NCBI GenBank assembly: GCA_003045065.1
Contig: PSQJ01000005.1
Span: 2,980-66,979 of the forward strand
From: Candidatus Liberibacter europaeus
GTDB taxonomy: Bacteria > Pseudomonadota > Alphaproteobacteria > Rhizobiales > Rhizobiaceae
Length of the DNA stretch: 64,000 nucleotides
Direction of reading: 5' to 3'
Below, piece by piece: positions 19,376 through 30,783 of this stretch (position 1 is its first letter; each line of letters begins with the position of its first letter). The notes under the pieces were generated by a model. It did no database searches. It saw only the letters and a program-made list of their open reading frames with translations, and had not been told where the DNA came from. The position numbers and the translations under genes were made by a program.

Positions 19376-22174
19376 TTATCGACCCAAGTGTTCTATGATG
19401 TTATCCGTGATAAGTTTTTTCTTAGCTCCTACAACATAAGGCAAATTTCCACCTGGTATATTTCCAGATATAAACCGTGCTAATTTCTTAGATACATTTT
19501 CTCCAGCTTGAGCTCCTTTAAAAATACTCACCAAATCTACACCCATTGAAAAACTAGGGCCTATAATTCCCTTTGCAATCGTACCAGAATCAGACCTACC
19601 GCCTGTATTAACCATTGCGTTTAGTCCTAACGGTGCGATGCCTGCGATGGCCTTTAAAGCTGTTTCTACACTAAATATTGGTGGGGGCTCTTCAAACTTA
19701 GCCAAATGTTTTAACTGGTCAGCAACCAAATTAGATATCATAAGAACTGATATGTACTTTGCCCTAATTTCCCAAGGCGATAAAGGTATTCCAAGATCTG
19801 AATAATGCTTGGCCGAGCGTGGAAGATCAAACATAAAACTACGAAACATGGAATAAGGGGTTAACTTAAATTGCAACAAAAACCTTAAAAGTTCACCTGG
19901 AATAGTTCCTGCTGGAGCGTCTAACAAACCAAGACGTTTTTTATCCAAAAGTCCAGCTCCTGAAGCCCCCCTTGCCCATGTCTGTCGCTCTTTCTGTAAT
20001 ATCGCATAAATCTGCTTACTTGTTTCATCTTTGAGTATTTGTGCCTGCTCTAAAAGGAAATTTTCCCTTTGTTTTTTCAAAAACTCAATTCTTCCTTTTT
20101 GGTTTGTTATGAAAGCTTGATGCTTTGACTCTGCTTTTAATCTTTCAATTCTTTTTGATTTCAAAGCATTAACTATTCCTTGTTTGTCTGATATAGAAGC
20201 TTGGTGTTTTTCCTCTGCTTTCAGTTTTCCTTTGCTTTTCTTTGTAGACCATTTAGCTTCAAAGGCTTGCTTTTCCTTTTCTATAGCTGTACTCATAATC
20301 TTTATTTTAAGATTTAATTGATCATTGCTTTCTAAAGAATGCTCAAGGTTTTTCTTTGTTTCAAAGGCTTTTGTATTCTTTTCTAAAACCTCATGCATCT
20401 CCTGTATTTTAGTCTCAAATGCTCCCCTGCTCTCTAAAGCTCCTTTACGGATTTGCTCATTTTCGATGTAAGGAACAAGCCTTTTAGGGTCAATATCTTG
20501 AATAAGCTTGTGATTAACTATGTGATAATCACCATGTGGGCCAACATCACGTTCAGCTAAATGGGTTACATGCCAATGGTCTTTTGTAAATTCACCATGC
20601 TCAAATATCCCTGCATGAATATTACCCTCTGCAGACCGAAACTCATTTAAACTTTTGTATTTCTTAGTCAGTTTCCCTATCGTATTCAAAATAGGAAGAG
20701 TGATAGACTCTTTAAGGGATCTGTCCAAAAAACTAACACCAGACGCCTTATGAAGCAATTCATTTGATCTCCGCATAATACCTGATCCATGATTGCCTTC
20801 CTGATATCTGCGAGAACCTGCTGATATACCCTCCCAAAACAATTGGGCGTTTTGAATAGTGCTTTTATCAAAGCGTTTTAATCCCTCTCCTAATTCTAAC
20901 CCATTCTTCTTAAGCCCCATGGCTACAAATGGTATATCCTCCAAAGATGGTATTAAATGAAAACCAAGCTTAGTTATAGACTGAAAGCCTCTTAAGGTTG
21001 CCATATAGTTGGCCCAATGTGAGTTACCCACATTCTCACCATGAAACATAACATCCATTATGCTATTGATTGTTGATTCTCTTTTTTGCAATAACTTTAA
21101 AGCTTGCGGGTCTCTTGATAATACCTCTCTATCCTTAACAACAAGACTATTAAGAAGATTTTTAGTATAAGTCTCAGGATCTGATCCTAACTCTTCAGAC
21201 CATACAACACTACGAACAAGTCTTTTGAATGAATTGTTAAGATTTTCAATAGGTGTACCCTCTTGCCCATAAAGCTTCAAATATCTTAATTGTGCATCTG
21301 CATTTACAAAATTTAACTGTCGTTCTTTTTTAAAAGAACCTATGCCCCCAAAATTGGATCTTGAATATTTCGCATCTGCAATAGGCTTGTTTCTACCTCC
21401 ATGAGCTATTGTTTCCCAAGCTTCTCCTACAAAGTCTCTCATCTCTTCTTCAGAAAACATCTCTCCATCAATGTGTCTGTATTCGTTCATATCAAGATCG
21501 CCTATGACATCATCAATGAAACCCTCCTTACCCCTAATTAAAACTTTTTCAGGGTTGGCAGGTTGGGATACATAGCGATCCCTTTTTGTCACGGCCAAAC
21601 CCGACCTTTCAGCTCTTGCAAATACTTCATCACCTACTTTTTTATATCCGTCTGCTATTTCTTTGGCTGTTTTATCCCCTGTGTGTTCACCCCAAATCTC
21701 TTTAACAATCAATTCATGTTTTGATGGATCTTGCAAAAACCCATAATGCGTATCCCCATAGTTTTTAATTGCTTCTGATAAACCGGACATATACTTTGTT
21801 GTTTCAGCTTCAATCTTGTTTTCAACAGAAACCCCTATACTGCCGTTTTCATGAAAAATCCTTTGAGCAAATATATCAGTTAATTCACCCTCTTTGCCAT
21901 TTTCATGTATTATTTTGACAAAATCAGCTTGCTTTCTTTTTTCTGTTATCTTGCGTTCAAAGTTCTTTGCGAATTGTTCATGTTTGTCTTCAATGGCTTT
22001 TTTCAATGCATAACGTGTACGTTCTTCCTTATTCATTTTATTAAATGTTGCAGGTTCTTCTTTAGCAAAATTTTTGTGAGCCTGTAATATAGAACCCTCT
22101 AAATCTCTTATTTCTTCTTTAGCCAGCTTTCTTCCAGCGACTTTATTTAAAAGATCAATACATTTTTTTTTCAT
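19376..22174 (-). CDS. Large internal virion/ejection protein (T7 gp16-position)
   Basis: 932 aa with a K/E-rich coiled central region. The call rests on gene order. Confidence 0.45.
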   Translation of the reverse strand: MKKKCIDLLNKVAGRKLAKEEIRDLEGSILQAHKNFAKEEPATFNKMNKEERTRYALKKAIEDKHEQFAKNFERKITEKRKQADFVKIIHENGKEGELTDIFAQRIFHENGSIGVSVENKIEAETTKYMSGLSEAIKNYGDTHYGFLQDPSKHELIVKEIWGEHTGDKTAKEIADGYKKVGDEVFARAERSGLAVTKRDRYVSQPANPEKVLIRGKEGFIDDVIGDLDMNEYRHIDGEMFSEEEMRDFVGEAWETIAHGGRNKPIADAKYSRSNFGGIGSFKKERQLNFVNADAQLRYLKLYGQEGTPIENLNNSFKRLVRSVVWSEELGSDPETYTKNLLNSLVVKDREVLSRDPQALKLLQKRESTINSIMDVMFHGENVGNSHWANYMATLRGFQSITKLGFHLIPSLEDIPFVAMGLKKNGLELGEGLKRFDKSTIQNAQLFWEGISAGSRRYQEGNHGSGIMRRSNELLHKASGVSFLDRSLKESITLPILNTIGKLTKKYKSLNEFRSAEGNIHAGIFEHGEFTKDHWHVTHLAERDVGPHGDYHIVNHKLIQDIDPKRLVPYIENEQIRKGALESRGAFETKIQEMHEVLEKNTKAFETKKNLEHSLESNDQLNLKIKIMSTAIEKEKQAFEAKWSTKKSKGKLKAEEKHQASISDKQGIVNALKSKRIERLKAESKHQAFITNQKGRIEFLKKQRENFLLEQAQILKDETSKQIYAILQKERQTWARGASGAGLLDKKRLGLLDAPAGTIPGELLRFLLQFKLTPYSMFRSFMFDLPRSAKHYSDLGIPLSPWEIRAKYISVLMISNLVADQLKHLAKFEEPPPIFSVETALKAIAGIAPLGLNAMVNTGGRSDSGTIAKGIIGPSFSMGVDLVSIFKGAQAGENVSKKLARFISGNIPGGNLPYVVGAKKKLITDNIIEHLGR

Positions 22175-22183
22175 ATATATTCC

Positions 22184-23386
22184 TTAGGAAAAATGACACT
22201 CTACGGCTTCATTCAAAAGTGTTTTCCATTCCTTTAATTCTTCAATTTTAGATGATATTTCTTCCCTCAAAACTTTCGCTTCTTCAGGATGTGTTTTTTC
22301 AAATCTTGCTAAGGATAAATCACCATCAGGGACAAATTCTGAAATCTCTGTTGTAGGTGCTTCTATGTCATGCAATAATTGAGCAGGCTCTTCTTTGACC
22401 TCTACCCTATCTTTTTCCTTATACTTTTCTAGGAATTCAGGAGTTTCAGGCTCACCCTCAGCAATGCTATTGTCATAAATAATTTTTGCCTCTTTAGGGG
22501 TCAATTCTGTAGGCTCATCCAAAATAAGATCGTTGTATGCTCTCTCTTGTACTTTTTCTTTTGTATACATTGCATCCGGTGTTGTAGGTATTCCATCACC
22601 AGTACTTTGTCTTGCCCTTGCATCTTTTTTAATAGCAAGAGCAATCTCAACATCTTCTGGTGTAAAATCGCTAGCTTTTGGAGTATCTTTGTCAAGATGC
22701 TTGCCTTCACCATGTGTAAAATGTCCTAACCCTCCAAAAAATGCCCCAAGTATAGCATCTGCCATGCTTGTTTTGTAATCCCAATCCTCTAATAATTTTG
22801 CTTGTTCTGGGTGTCCAAATTGACGCAATAAAGTAGAAGAAGACGTACGATCTAAAATCCCTCCAACAGCCGTTTGTGCTGATCCTGAAACTATATTACC
22901 AAACAATCCAAGACCCTTAAAAGGCCTAGGAATACTAAACTCTACTGCACTCCAAAAACCGTGATTTGCACCTACCATTCTGGCCGTGGACGTATCAACT
23001 CCCTTGCGTTTATATTCCTCTGTTGCGTCATGTCCTTGAGCAAAGCCAAGAGTAACCAATCCACCTATAGGATTGGCTCCCGTAGATAAAAAACCAGCCC
23101 CAAATATGCTAATATCTTCTGCAACTTTTCCTATAAACTGAGATACAACCCCCGCATCTCTAGGATCAACATTAAACGTTCTAGGGTTGCTTAACTTATC
23201 AGTGTTAATCCAATCATCAGACAACAATCTCCATAGTTTTTCAGCACCTGTTGCGACACCTTTGGACAAAGCATCCCCTGCCCCTTGAAACGCCGACGGT
23301 TGCGGATAAAATACCCCGCCATGCGTCTTTGCTTCCTCTTCAGGAGTTTGTATATAGTTTGTTGAAAAAGTTAAAACACCAGACAT
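22184..23386 (-). CDS. Internal virion/ejection protein with Gly-rich hydrophobic segments
   Basis: 400 aa with membrane-insertion-like stretches FGAGFLSTGANPIGGLVTLGF and ILGAFFGGLG. The call rests on gene order. Confidence 0.4.
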   Translation of the reverse strand: MSGVLTFSTNYIQTPEEEAKTHGGVFYPQPSAFQGAGDALSKGVATGAEKLWRLLSDDWINTDKLSNPRTFNVDPRDAGVVSQFIGKVAEDISIFGAGFLSTGANPIGGLVTLGFAQGHDATEEYKRKGVDTSTARMVGANHGFWSAVEFSIPRPFKGLGLFGNIVSGSAQTAVGGILDRTSSSTLLRQFGHPEQAKLLEDWDYKTSMADAILGAFFGGLGHFTHGEGKHLDKDTPKASDFTPEDVEIALAIKKDARARQSTGDGIPTTPDAMYTKEKVQERAYNDLILDEPTELTPKEAKIIYDNSIAEGEPETPEFLEKYKEKDRVEVKEEPAQLLHDIEAPTTEISEFVPDGDLSLARFEKTHPEEAKVLREEISSKIEELKEWKTLLNEAVECHFS

Positions 23387-23388
23387 TT

Positions 23389-25713
23389 TTAAACAGTATC
23401 CCTCATGCTTTTACCAAATGCGGCTCTTTCCCTATGTGTCCTCCACTCATTTGACGGTTTGGGTTGGTTAAAATCAATCATGATAGGCTCGCCTGTTTTA
23501 GGGTCGATAAGCTTGGTGCGAGCAGGGCCTAAAATGCCATAGGTGTTTTTTCTGTCAGCAACCTCAAAAAACTGGTAGTTATGAAATCTTGAATAGGATT
23601 TGCCCCCGCTGGTATTATCAAGATACCCTGCCTTGTCTAAAGCTTCCATTCCACGATCCATAAACTCATAATAGAAATCATTATCGCTCATTCCACGTAT
23701 TCTAACTACATAGGAACCTCCAACCTTTTGCATCTTCCCGCCAACAGCTTTTTCAAATGCTTTTTCAAGGTTGCTATCATCCCACCACGTGAAAGGATTT
23801 AACAATGAAAATGTTGTATCTTTACTATGAGTTTTTACATCTTGATGAGAACTAGACGCATCAGAAGCTAATATTGCTTGTGTAACTTTAATCAGTCTGT
23901 TTTTTAAATCAGCTCTCTGAGAACCATATGTTTGATTAAATCCTTTCTCAAACAATTCATCAAATTTCTTGTAAAAACCAGATTTTTCTTCTCTGTCAAA
24001 TTTGCCTCTTGGGTCTGTATGCTCTTGGCTTTTCATAACCCTAAAACCATCAATAACTTTAATCGCCGTTTCATAATCACCATCAGAAATATACGGCATC
24101 GCATATCCTATTTTGGTTTCTTTTAAAGTTTCATTTAACATTTTTTGAGCACGTATATTTTCACCAGCAGATATAGATAGATTTCGCATGAAAGCACCTG
24201 CATCCCTAGGGTTTAATCTATCAATGGTCTGCTCTATATCTTCTATCTCTTTATTTTCAAACAAAGGCATATTTACACCCTTGTGATTTTTCATAACATC
24301 AACTGCTTTAACTCTATTACCTATCTCATTACCCCAAGTTTCAGGGTGCTTAAGATTAAGTCGTTGAATTCCCGCAATATTGTTTTTCAAAGCATATTCT
24401 AAAGGGTTGTTTGCTAAGTTTTTATATGTATTTTCAAAGGCTTGCTCAGCTTTCTCATACTTTCTCCATTCTTGAGCAGAAGAACCCGCTTTTGGCTTAA
24501 TTTGTGCTAAATAGTCCTGACCTTGAGTGAACGAAAGAGAACCAAACTGTAAATTTTGCTGACTAACATATTTTACAATATCAAGATGCTCTAAAATATC
24601 ATTTGCGTTTTTTGGAAAATGAGCTCTAATAGAATCTTCATTAAACATTGGATTGCTAAAATCTATCACCCCACCGTTTTTAACAACAATATCTGCATCT
24701 TTTAAGAATTTGTCTGCTGAAGCTCTGTTTTCTTTAGAGTTTCTAGAAGCAACACCAATAGACTTATTAAGGTATGCATGTCTCTTCTCAGGGCTTAAAT
24801 CTTCCCAGCCACGAAACGGCACAGTTTTTTTGTCTTTAGACAATTCTCCCAATGTAACAGGCTTAATATCCTCTTCTTTGGAATTAGCGGCGTCTATAGC
24901 TTCGGTTAGAGATGTAGTTTGTTTCGGTGTTTTTTCAGCATCAGCCGAATCAGAGGTTGCCGTTGGTGCTGTTTCAACATTAACTGCAGCAGGTGTTGAT
25001 ACTAAAGATTTTTTAGTATTAACCGCAGATGTTTCACTACGATGCCAATTATAGATCAACAAAGGATTAGTTGCTGAAATAGACTCTGCCTGTTGTATAG
25101 CTAGCTTTTCATCACTTTGTTTTTTTAGTGTAATCTTTTCTGTAGTCGTTGCGGGCAAAGCATCAATAAATGCATATGTTTCTGACTTATTCTTTGTATA
25201 ATTTTTATCTGATCCATCCTTGCTTAAACTGAAATCAGTTTGCCCCATAAATGTATCATATCTAACAACATTATGCTGTTTAATAGCGTCAATTTTAAAC
25301 TGCTTAATCCTGCCAATTAAATTAAGTTTTACCTCATTAGCGGATGACATAATTTGATTTCTTAGATGCGACTTTTTCCCCGAAATAGCTTGGTTAAGCT
25401 CCTCTTGAAAAGCCTCTAACGCTTTCTCACCTATGTTCTTAAAACCCTCAGTATCTGGGTTGAGATCTTTTACGGGTATCTTGTTAGTATGCAAATAAAA
25501 CAAGTCATCCGCTTTAATCCTAAGATCCGCACTTTTTTGTATGGCATATGTTTTGTCGTTTTGGTCTTCATAATATTGAAGCTGCTTGTCTAATGTATTA
25601 GACACATTGCTCAATATCTTGCCAACTCCAGAATACACATCTTCCGATGGCGGTACCGATGACAAATCAGGGCTAACAGTAGGAGAATATTTTAAAGGTT
25701 CATATGCACTCAT
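23389..25713 (-). CDS. Internal virion protein (T7 gp15-position)
   Basis: 774 aa. The call rests on gene order and size only. Confidence 0.4.
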   Translation of the reverse strand: MSAYEPLKYSPTVSPDLSSVPPSEDVYSGVGKILSNVSNTLDKQLQYYEDQNDKTYAIQKSADLRIKADDLFYLHTNKIPVKDLNPDTEGFKNIGEKALEAFQEELNQAISGKKSHLRNQIMSSANEVKLNLIGRIKQFKIDAIKQHNVVRYDTFMGQTDFSLSKDGSDKNYTKNKSETYAFIDALPATTTEKITLKKQSDEKLAIQQAESISATNPLLIYNWHRSETSAVNTKKSLVSTPAAVNVETAPTATSDSADAEKTPKQTTSLTEAIDAANSKEEDIKPVTLGELSKDKKTVPFRGWEDLSPEKRHAYLNKSIGVASRNSKENRASADKFLKDADIVVKNGGVIDFSNPMFNEDSIRAHFPKNANDILEHLDIVKYVSQQNLQFGSLSFTQGQDYLAQIKPKAGSSAQEWRKYEKAEQAFENTYKNLANNPLEYALKNNIAGIQRLNLKHPETWGNEIGNRVKAVDVMKNHKGVNMPLFENKEIEDIEQTIDRLNPRDAGAFMRNLSISAGENIRAQKMLNETLKETKIGYAMPYISDGDYETAIKVIDGFRVMKSQEHTDPRGKFDREEKSGFYKKFDELFEKGFNQTYGSQRADLKNRLIKVTQAILASDASSSHQDVKTHSKDTTFSLLNPFTWWDDSNLEKAFEKAVGGKMQKVGGSYVVRIRGMSDNDFYYEFMDRGMEALDKAGYLDNTSGGKSYSRFHNYQFFEVADRKNTYGILGPARTKLIDPKTGEPIMIDFNQPKPSNEWRTHRERAAFGKSMRDTV

Positions 25714-26186
25714 AACAATCCTATTAGGAGTTTGGTGATAACACTACCCGCCACCTCAGCAACATCTATGAAATCATGTCCTATCCAATTCAAATCATCC
25801 TGACGTTCTTGTAATTTTTTCTGCAAAGCATCATTCTTGTGCAACACGGCTTCTCTTTGACGTATGCTTTGATCTAGAGATTGAGACAAAAGCAAAAATG
25901 ATGTACCCTCAGTCATAGAAGTCCCAGAACTAGCTAAACTAGACTGCAACCCAGCAATATGCTCTTGACTTACAGACGAGAATTCCTTGGAACTTAAAAG
26001 CGATTGCTCTTCAAGAAAGCTCTTTTTTTCTCCTAGGGCTTGTATCTCTGATTTGCGTTTTTGACGCCTGCTCATATATTCCGCCCCACCAGACAGAATT
26101 GTAGAGACACTAAAAAATTCTTTCCCGTAGTTTTTTGTGATTTTTTCTGAAAAAGGCAGTTCAAAAGAACTCTTTTTATCTGACAT
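25710..26186 (-). CDS. Small virion protein (T7 gp13/14-position)
   Basis: 158 aa, with 4-nt and 11-nt overlaps to its neighbours. Confidence 0.4.
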   Translation of the reverse strand: MSDKKSSFELPFSEKITKNYGKEFFSVSTILSGGAEYMSRRQKRKSEIQALGEKKSFLEEQSLLSSKEFSSVSQEHIAGLQSSLASSGTSMTEGTSFLLLSQSLDQSIRQREAVLHKNDALQKKLQERQDDLNWIGHDFIDVAEVAGSVITKLLIGLL

Positions 26187-28347
26187 TTTGCAACTCCGAA
26201 ATTGTCATTACTTGCAATATTACGCCTGGACTACCCTCGTCTTGTACGATACACAACCCTTCATCTCGTCCATACTTAGCATCAAGAATAACTTCCACTA
26301 ATCCTAATCCATCAGAAGGGTCTATCTTAGCTTTGACTAGACGACTGTTGATAGTTCCACATAATAAACTTTCAACATTTGAAGTTCTTATTTTGGCTGA
26401 TATCAATCGTCTTTTCCCACCAACATAAGCAGGCTCAACAACATCATCTATTCTTGGAAATTCCGCCCTAGAAATATATGAAGACTCATTAGGAGAGCCG
26501 TAAAAGTCATTATGAAATGTAGACTTGTCATGAAATGATCTAATTTTCATCAGCTGTAACGATGCTTTAGATCCTAAAATTATGCCTTCTTCCCCTGATT
26601 GATCGGCATAATCAACAATCATATTGAATATATCACCTTGGTCATCTTCTATTTCATGAGAATGCCATGCATAAACAGAATTATCCAAATCTACAGTGCA
26701 TCCTAAAAGTCTACCATCATGAGTAACCGCCCATAGGATGGAATGTGGATTTTTCTGATATACAAGCTGTTTGATTTCTCTACCAAAACCATCAGTCAGA
26801 TGATTAGCATACATAGTAATATCAATAGCTTTGTATACGTTGTTTTTAATGGCTTTGAGTTCTCTTATTATTCTTCCTGCTCTTTGTATAAATATCAAAG
26901 ACCTGCCTATTCTGACTGGGGGTATTTTCTCACTGCCATAAGATGAAATACAATTAAATCCAAAGTTTAAAGGAGAAAAACCATCAGTATTTCGCACTGG
27001 CCCTAATTCCCACTCATTGGAATCCGTCCCTACCAAAAACCTATGATTAAATCCCTCCATCCATTGTATTTTTTCTTCTTTCCTAGCACCAAAATCCATC
27101 GACAAAGACAAGGCAGAATTCTTCTGAACTTTACCCTCTCCATCAGTTTGTTTAAATCCAATATCTCTAAAATTAGAAGAAGTAATAACTTCTGAAAAAT
27201 CAATGTGAGATGGTCTTTTTTTGTATCCTGAGAACACTAACCGTCCATCGTATAAAGTTACAAGGGATGGATAGCCCTCTAGTTTACACCAAGCTCCTAA
27301 TGCCCATTTATCTGTTGTTGCCTTTCCATAAAAACTATTAGGTCTACTGAAAATTAGAGCTTTAACTTTTTTATCGGAAACATACTCTTTAATAACCCCA
27401 TGATACTGAAAATATATGTTATCCTCCGTAGAGGGATAAAGCTTCTTCCATATGTGTCGGCCATCTTCAAAATAAAACCCACTCCCGCTTGGGATAGATA
27501 TACTAGGTTGGGGACTATCATTTAATTCTTCAACCAATTCATAAATCATATCATTTTTTGATGATATAACCTTTGCACCCTCTCTGTATATCTGATGCTG
27601 TTCCCAAAGGGATATCTCTGACTCAAATGTTATGTGTCTACCAGCATCTGAGGTGCTAAAGATAGGTTCACTGGATTCTATAGTGTTTTCATTATAAATG
27701 TATAGCTCAGTTGCTCCAACTGGATTCATATAGGGCATTGCAAAGTAAGACCAGCCAGGCAAACTAAAAAAATCATTTTTATGTAATACTTTATTATCCT
27801 TAACGTCAGCTTCATCTTTACTTATCGTAAGCGTTGACAAGCTAGATAAGATATTAGAGCCAGAATTAGCTGTTAAATAAGGACCAGTTGGAGGGGTATA
27901 TCTTTCAGAAACCCATGAACTTTCATCATCTTGTTCAGGATACAATAAAACAGGAAGATAATCTTGATGAACAACAAGCAAATATTTTTTAATCTGCACA
28001 TAATCTAAATGGTCAACGTCTTCTAATTTCCAAGGCGTGTTTATCTCTGTAACCTTTGTTTCACTGCTAGTATCAAAAACTATTGATTTTTTGTTCTGTG
28101 GAATAATTAAAAACTCATTATTTGTTTTTTCGTCCCTATATTTTAGAGCTTTACGGGGGGTGTCACTAAATTTAACCCCAAGATCCACCATAGGAGGTCT
28201 TCTAATCAAAGACCCCTGCAAAAGAGGTATGTAATTACTACATTTAACCAAACATTTGCGATAAATCTCTAAATCCGTTCGTGCTTGATGAATCACAGGA
28301 GAAACTTCACCACCACTAAAAGTATGTTGAACTTTCACTATTTTCAT
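26176..28347 (-). CDS. Tail tubular protein B-like (nozzle)
   Basis: 723 aa. The N-terminus FSGGEVSP...DLEIYRKCL...N...LLQGSLIRRPP resembles podoviral tubular/stabilisation proteins, and it follows the adaptor-like gene. Confidence 0.5.
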   Translation of the reverse strand: MKIVKVQHTFSGGEVSPVIHQARTDLEIYRKCLVKCSNYIPLLQGSLIRRPPMVDLGVKFSDTPRKALKYRDEKTNNEFLIIPQNKKSIVFDTSSETKVTEINTPWKLEDVDHLDYVQIKKYLLVVHQDYLPVLLYPEQDDESSWVSERYTPPTGPYLTANSGSNILSSLSTLTISKDEADVKDNKVLHKNDFFSLPGWSYFAMPYMNPVGATELYIYNENTIESSEPIFSTSDAGRHITFESEISLWEQHQIYREGAKVISSKNDMIYELVEELNDSPQPSISIPSGSGFYFEDGRHIWKKLYPSTEDNIYFQYHGVIKEYVSDKKVKALIFSRPNSFYGKATTDKWALGAWCKLEGYPSLVTLYDGRLVFSGYKKRPSHIDFSEVITSSNFRDIGFKQTDGEGKVQKNSALSLSMDFGARKEEKIQWMEGFNHRFLVGTDSNEWELGPVRNTDGFSPLNFGFNCISSYGSEKIPPVRIGRSLIFIQRAGRIIRELKAIKNNVYKAIDITMYANHLTDGFGREIKQLVYQKNPHSILWAVTHDGRLLGCTVDLDNSVYAWHSHEIEDDQGDIFNMIVDYADQSGEEGIILGSKASLQLMKIRSFHDKSTFHNDFYGSPNESSYISRAEFPRIDDVVEPAYVGGKRRLISAKIRTSNVESLLCGTINSRLVKAKIDPSDGLGLVEVILDAKYGRDEGLCIVQDEGSPGVILQVMTISELQNVR

Positions 28348-28904
28348 CTATGTTGTCTCACATTTTTACTCAACACGATCGGAGGTCCTTCACCACCAGA
28401 ACGAGCTTTTGCTAGTGTAATAGTTCTTTCAAATTCACCTAACAACAAATTCTTCTTAGCGTCAGACTCAACCAATTTGTCACAAATCTCAATTGCTAGC
28501 TTGAGCACTATACATTCTCTAAAAATAGCATCCCATTCATCAGGATTTAAAACCAATTTAGTATAGGATATCTCTATAGGACTGTTATCATCCGAAAGCA
28601 GATAATTCCCCTCTAAAGTCCATGGGCTGTCTTGATTATTAGTTCGTAAATAGACGCAATCAGCTGGAAGAGGAAATACATATTTCCCATTCTTTTTATC
28701 ATTAAACCTTGCAAGCTTGGTGCTCGTATTGGCAAAACGCCAATCGTAACTTCTAAAGAGATAACCAAGAACAAAAGGAAGTGCTAATTTGCAATTCTCT
28801 GCTTCTTCTGATCCCTCGTCAAAGCTTTCAATCCTACTCACACCAAGCTTTTGCAAAGCCTTGTTAGCAATTATAAGGAAATCTTCCGGGATAAATGCTT
28901 GCAT
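28344..28904 (-). CDS. Tail tubular protein A/adaptor-like
   Basis: 186 aa, directly downstream of the capsid gene. It has an ALQKLGV..I.SFDEGSEEA...WRFA pattern. Confidence 0.45.
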   Translation of the reverse strand: MQAFIPEDFLIIANKALQKLGVSRIESFDEGSEEAENCKLALPFVLGYLFRSYDWRFANTSTKLARFNDKKNGKYVFPLPADCVYLRTNNQDSPWTLEGNYLLSDDNSPIEISYTKLVLNPDEWDAIFRECIVLKLAIEICDKLVESDAKKNLLLGEFERTITLAKARSGGEGPPIVLSKNVRQHR

Positions 28905-28906
28905 GG

Positions 28907-29908
28907 TTACGCTGGCATTTCAATGTAACCAATACGGCTTTCTTCCGTACGAACACAACCCATCTGAAACGATCCATAGAGCAAATGAGAAAAACTTCTT
29001 TCTGTTCTTAACCCAACTTGTAGTTCCAGATTTTTCCATATTGCTGTTTCAAGAGCTGCCTTATCCCAATACAAAGCATAGCTTTTAACTTGAAGAGCGT
29101 CTTTAGGGGCGTCTTTAGGAAGCTGTGGAAGAGGAATACTAGGTGTAGTTGTTCGTTTCCCCTCTTTATCATATTCACAAGGTTGTTTTCTTCCACCTGG
29201 CAAGAAATCAGTTATGACAAATTCAAATCCAGCAAAATGGGTCATAATTCCATTTTCCCAATTTGCATATTGTACATAGTCTTTGCTAATAAGACGAATA
29301 TCACCAAAGAGAGTTGTATATGCATCAGAAGTCATTGCAAGATAAACAGATTTATTCTTGAAGTTGACACCATTCTTTTGCAGATTTCTCGCGGCCAACA
29401 ACAACCTGTCAGCAGTCGTGTTATCAAATTGGCTTGATCTTCCTGGAATTCTATCACCAATTTTAACAATCATATTTTTATCAAGCTCCTTAGGAGGCTC
29501 ATTTGCATCATATGGACCTATGATACTTGGCCCAAAAGCAGATCTAACAACCTCTCTCTCCATAGCCTCTTTAAGCGAATTAGTAACCACTTCAGAAAGT
29601 GGACCTCTTGGATTATGGTTTAGTTCATTGATGGACTCCCAATCCGTTGGGATACTAACGTGAAACGCTTTAGGTTTAATAATACGTTGCTCAAGTTCAG
29701 AAGTTTCTTCAGGAGTTTTAGGGGAAAGACCAATTTTTCTATGTGCCTCAATTGGCTTATACATATTAAGAGCAATAATCTCATTCCCCGTTTGGTTAAC
29801 ACGCATAATCGTATGTCCAGTAATGCCTTCCTTAACCCCATTAAGGGCAATTCTAATATTACTTGCTACTTTGGGTTCTGCAATTAGTTTAAAATCTTGT
29901 GTAGCCAT
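28907..29908 (-). CDS. Major capsid protein
   Basis: 333 aa, downstream of the scaffold-like gene. The size and position are those of a podoviral coat protein. Confidence 0.7.
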   Translation of the reverse strand: MATQDFKLIAEPKVASNIRIALNGVKEGITGHTIMRVNQTGNEIIALNMYKPIEAHRKIGLSPKTPEETSELEQRIIKPKAFHVSIPTDWESINELNHNPRGPLSEVVTNSLKEAMEREVVRSAFGPSIIGPYDANEPPKELDKNMIVKIGDRIPGRSSQFDNTTADRLLLAARNLQKNGVNFKNKSVYLAMTSDAYTTLFGDIRLISKDYVQYANWENGIMTHFAGFEFVITDFLPGGRKQPCEYDKEGKRTTTPSIPLPQLPKDAPKDALQVKSYALYWDKAALETAIWKNLELQVGLRTERSFSHLLYGSFQMGCVRTEESRIGYIEMPA

Positions 29909-29910
29909 TT

Positions 29911-30783
29911 TTAAATTCCTCTAATGATAATTTCATTAAGTTTGTCATGCTCGGATACAGTTTGTGCATCTCCACTGTTATATTTTTCAATCCATTCAGG
30001 ATCATCAATGAGTTCATCCAATTTCCGTTGGGCGGATTTTGCTGTTGGATAACTCGCTTTAAAGTTTTTTACTGTTGGGGATGGTCCTAGTTCTTTGCTT
30101 TTCTGCCCTATAGTAAGTAATACATTTCTCAATTTCTTAGGACCTAGGACATGCTCCAACTGATTAATCGTCGTTGTTGGAATTTTCAGAAAATTCACAC
30201 CCTCCCGCATTAATTTCACATTATTATCATATTGATCTCCCCATTCTTGACGTACGTCTGTTACTTCCTGTTGATAAAAAGCTCTGTTTTGCTCCTGAAT
30301 CTTTTTATCCTGTGCTTCTATGGATTCCGCTAAGCGTTGGGCTTGAAAATCGTTCAACATCCCGTTATGACAATGCACACGAAAGTCTTTGCCGAATTCA
30401 TCATCTCTTCCTGCAATAATCTGCACACTATATTCTTCTGGACTATTCGGACGTCCGATTGTCCGGCCGTAATTTTCAATTTGATCAGTAGAATTAAAGT
30501 TGTCTGGTGGTGATAAGGTGCGGTTAATGCTATCTTCTAGTGACTTTTCAAGAGTTTGAACCTCTGTTATAACCTCAAGTGGATTTTGCCATTTCTTGTT
30601 TGCAATATATTGACGTGTATGTTCATCATCTTGCGGAATAAAATGAAAAGGATCGTTTACAACCTCTAAAACATCTTGTTCTTTTTGAGGTTCTAAGTTT
30701 ATATCCTCATCTTTCAATCCCATCTCTTCTACAAAAGAACTAACTTTTGTTTCTATTTGATTAACGACATTTTCTTCTAACAT
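29911..30783 (-). CDS. Scaffolding protein
   Basis: 290 aa, acidic and helical, lying between the portal region and the capsid gene. Confidence 0.55.
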   Translation of the reverse strand: MLEENVVNQIETKVSSFVEEMGLKDEDINLEPQKEQDVLEVVNDPFHFIPQDDEHTRQYIANKKWQNPLEVITEVQTLEKSLEDSINRTLSPPDNFNSTDQIENYGRTIGRPNSPEEYSVQIIAGRDDEFGKDFRVHCHNGMLNDFQAQRLAESIEAQDKKIQEQNRAFYQQEVTDVRQEWGDQYDNNVKLMREGVNFLKIPTTTINQLEHVLGPKKLRNVLLTIGQKSKELGPSPTVKNFKASYPTAKSAQRKLDELIDDPEWIEKYNSGDAQTVSEHDKLNEIIIRGI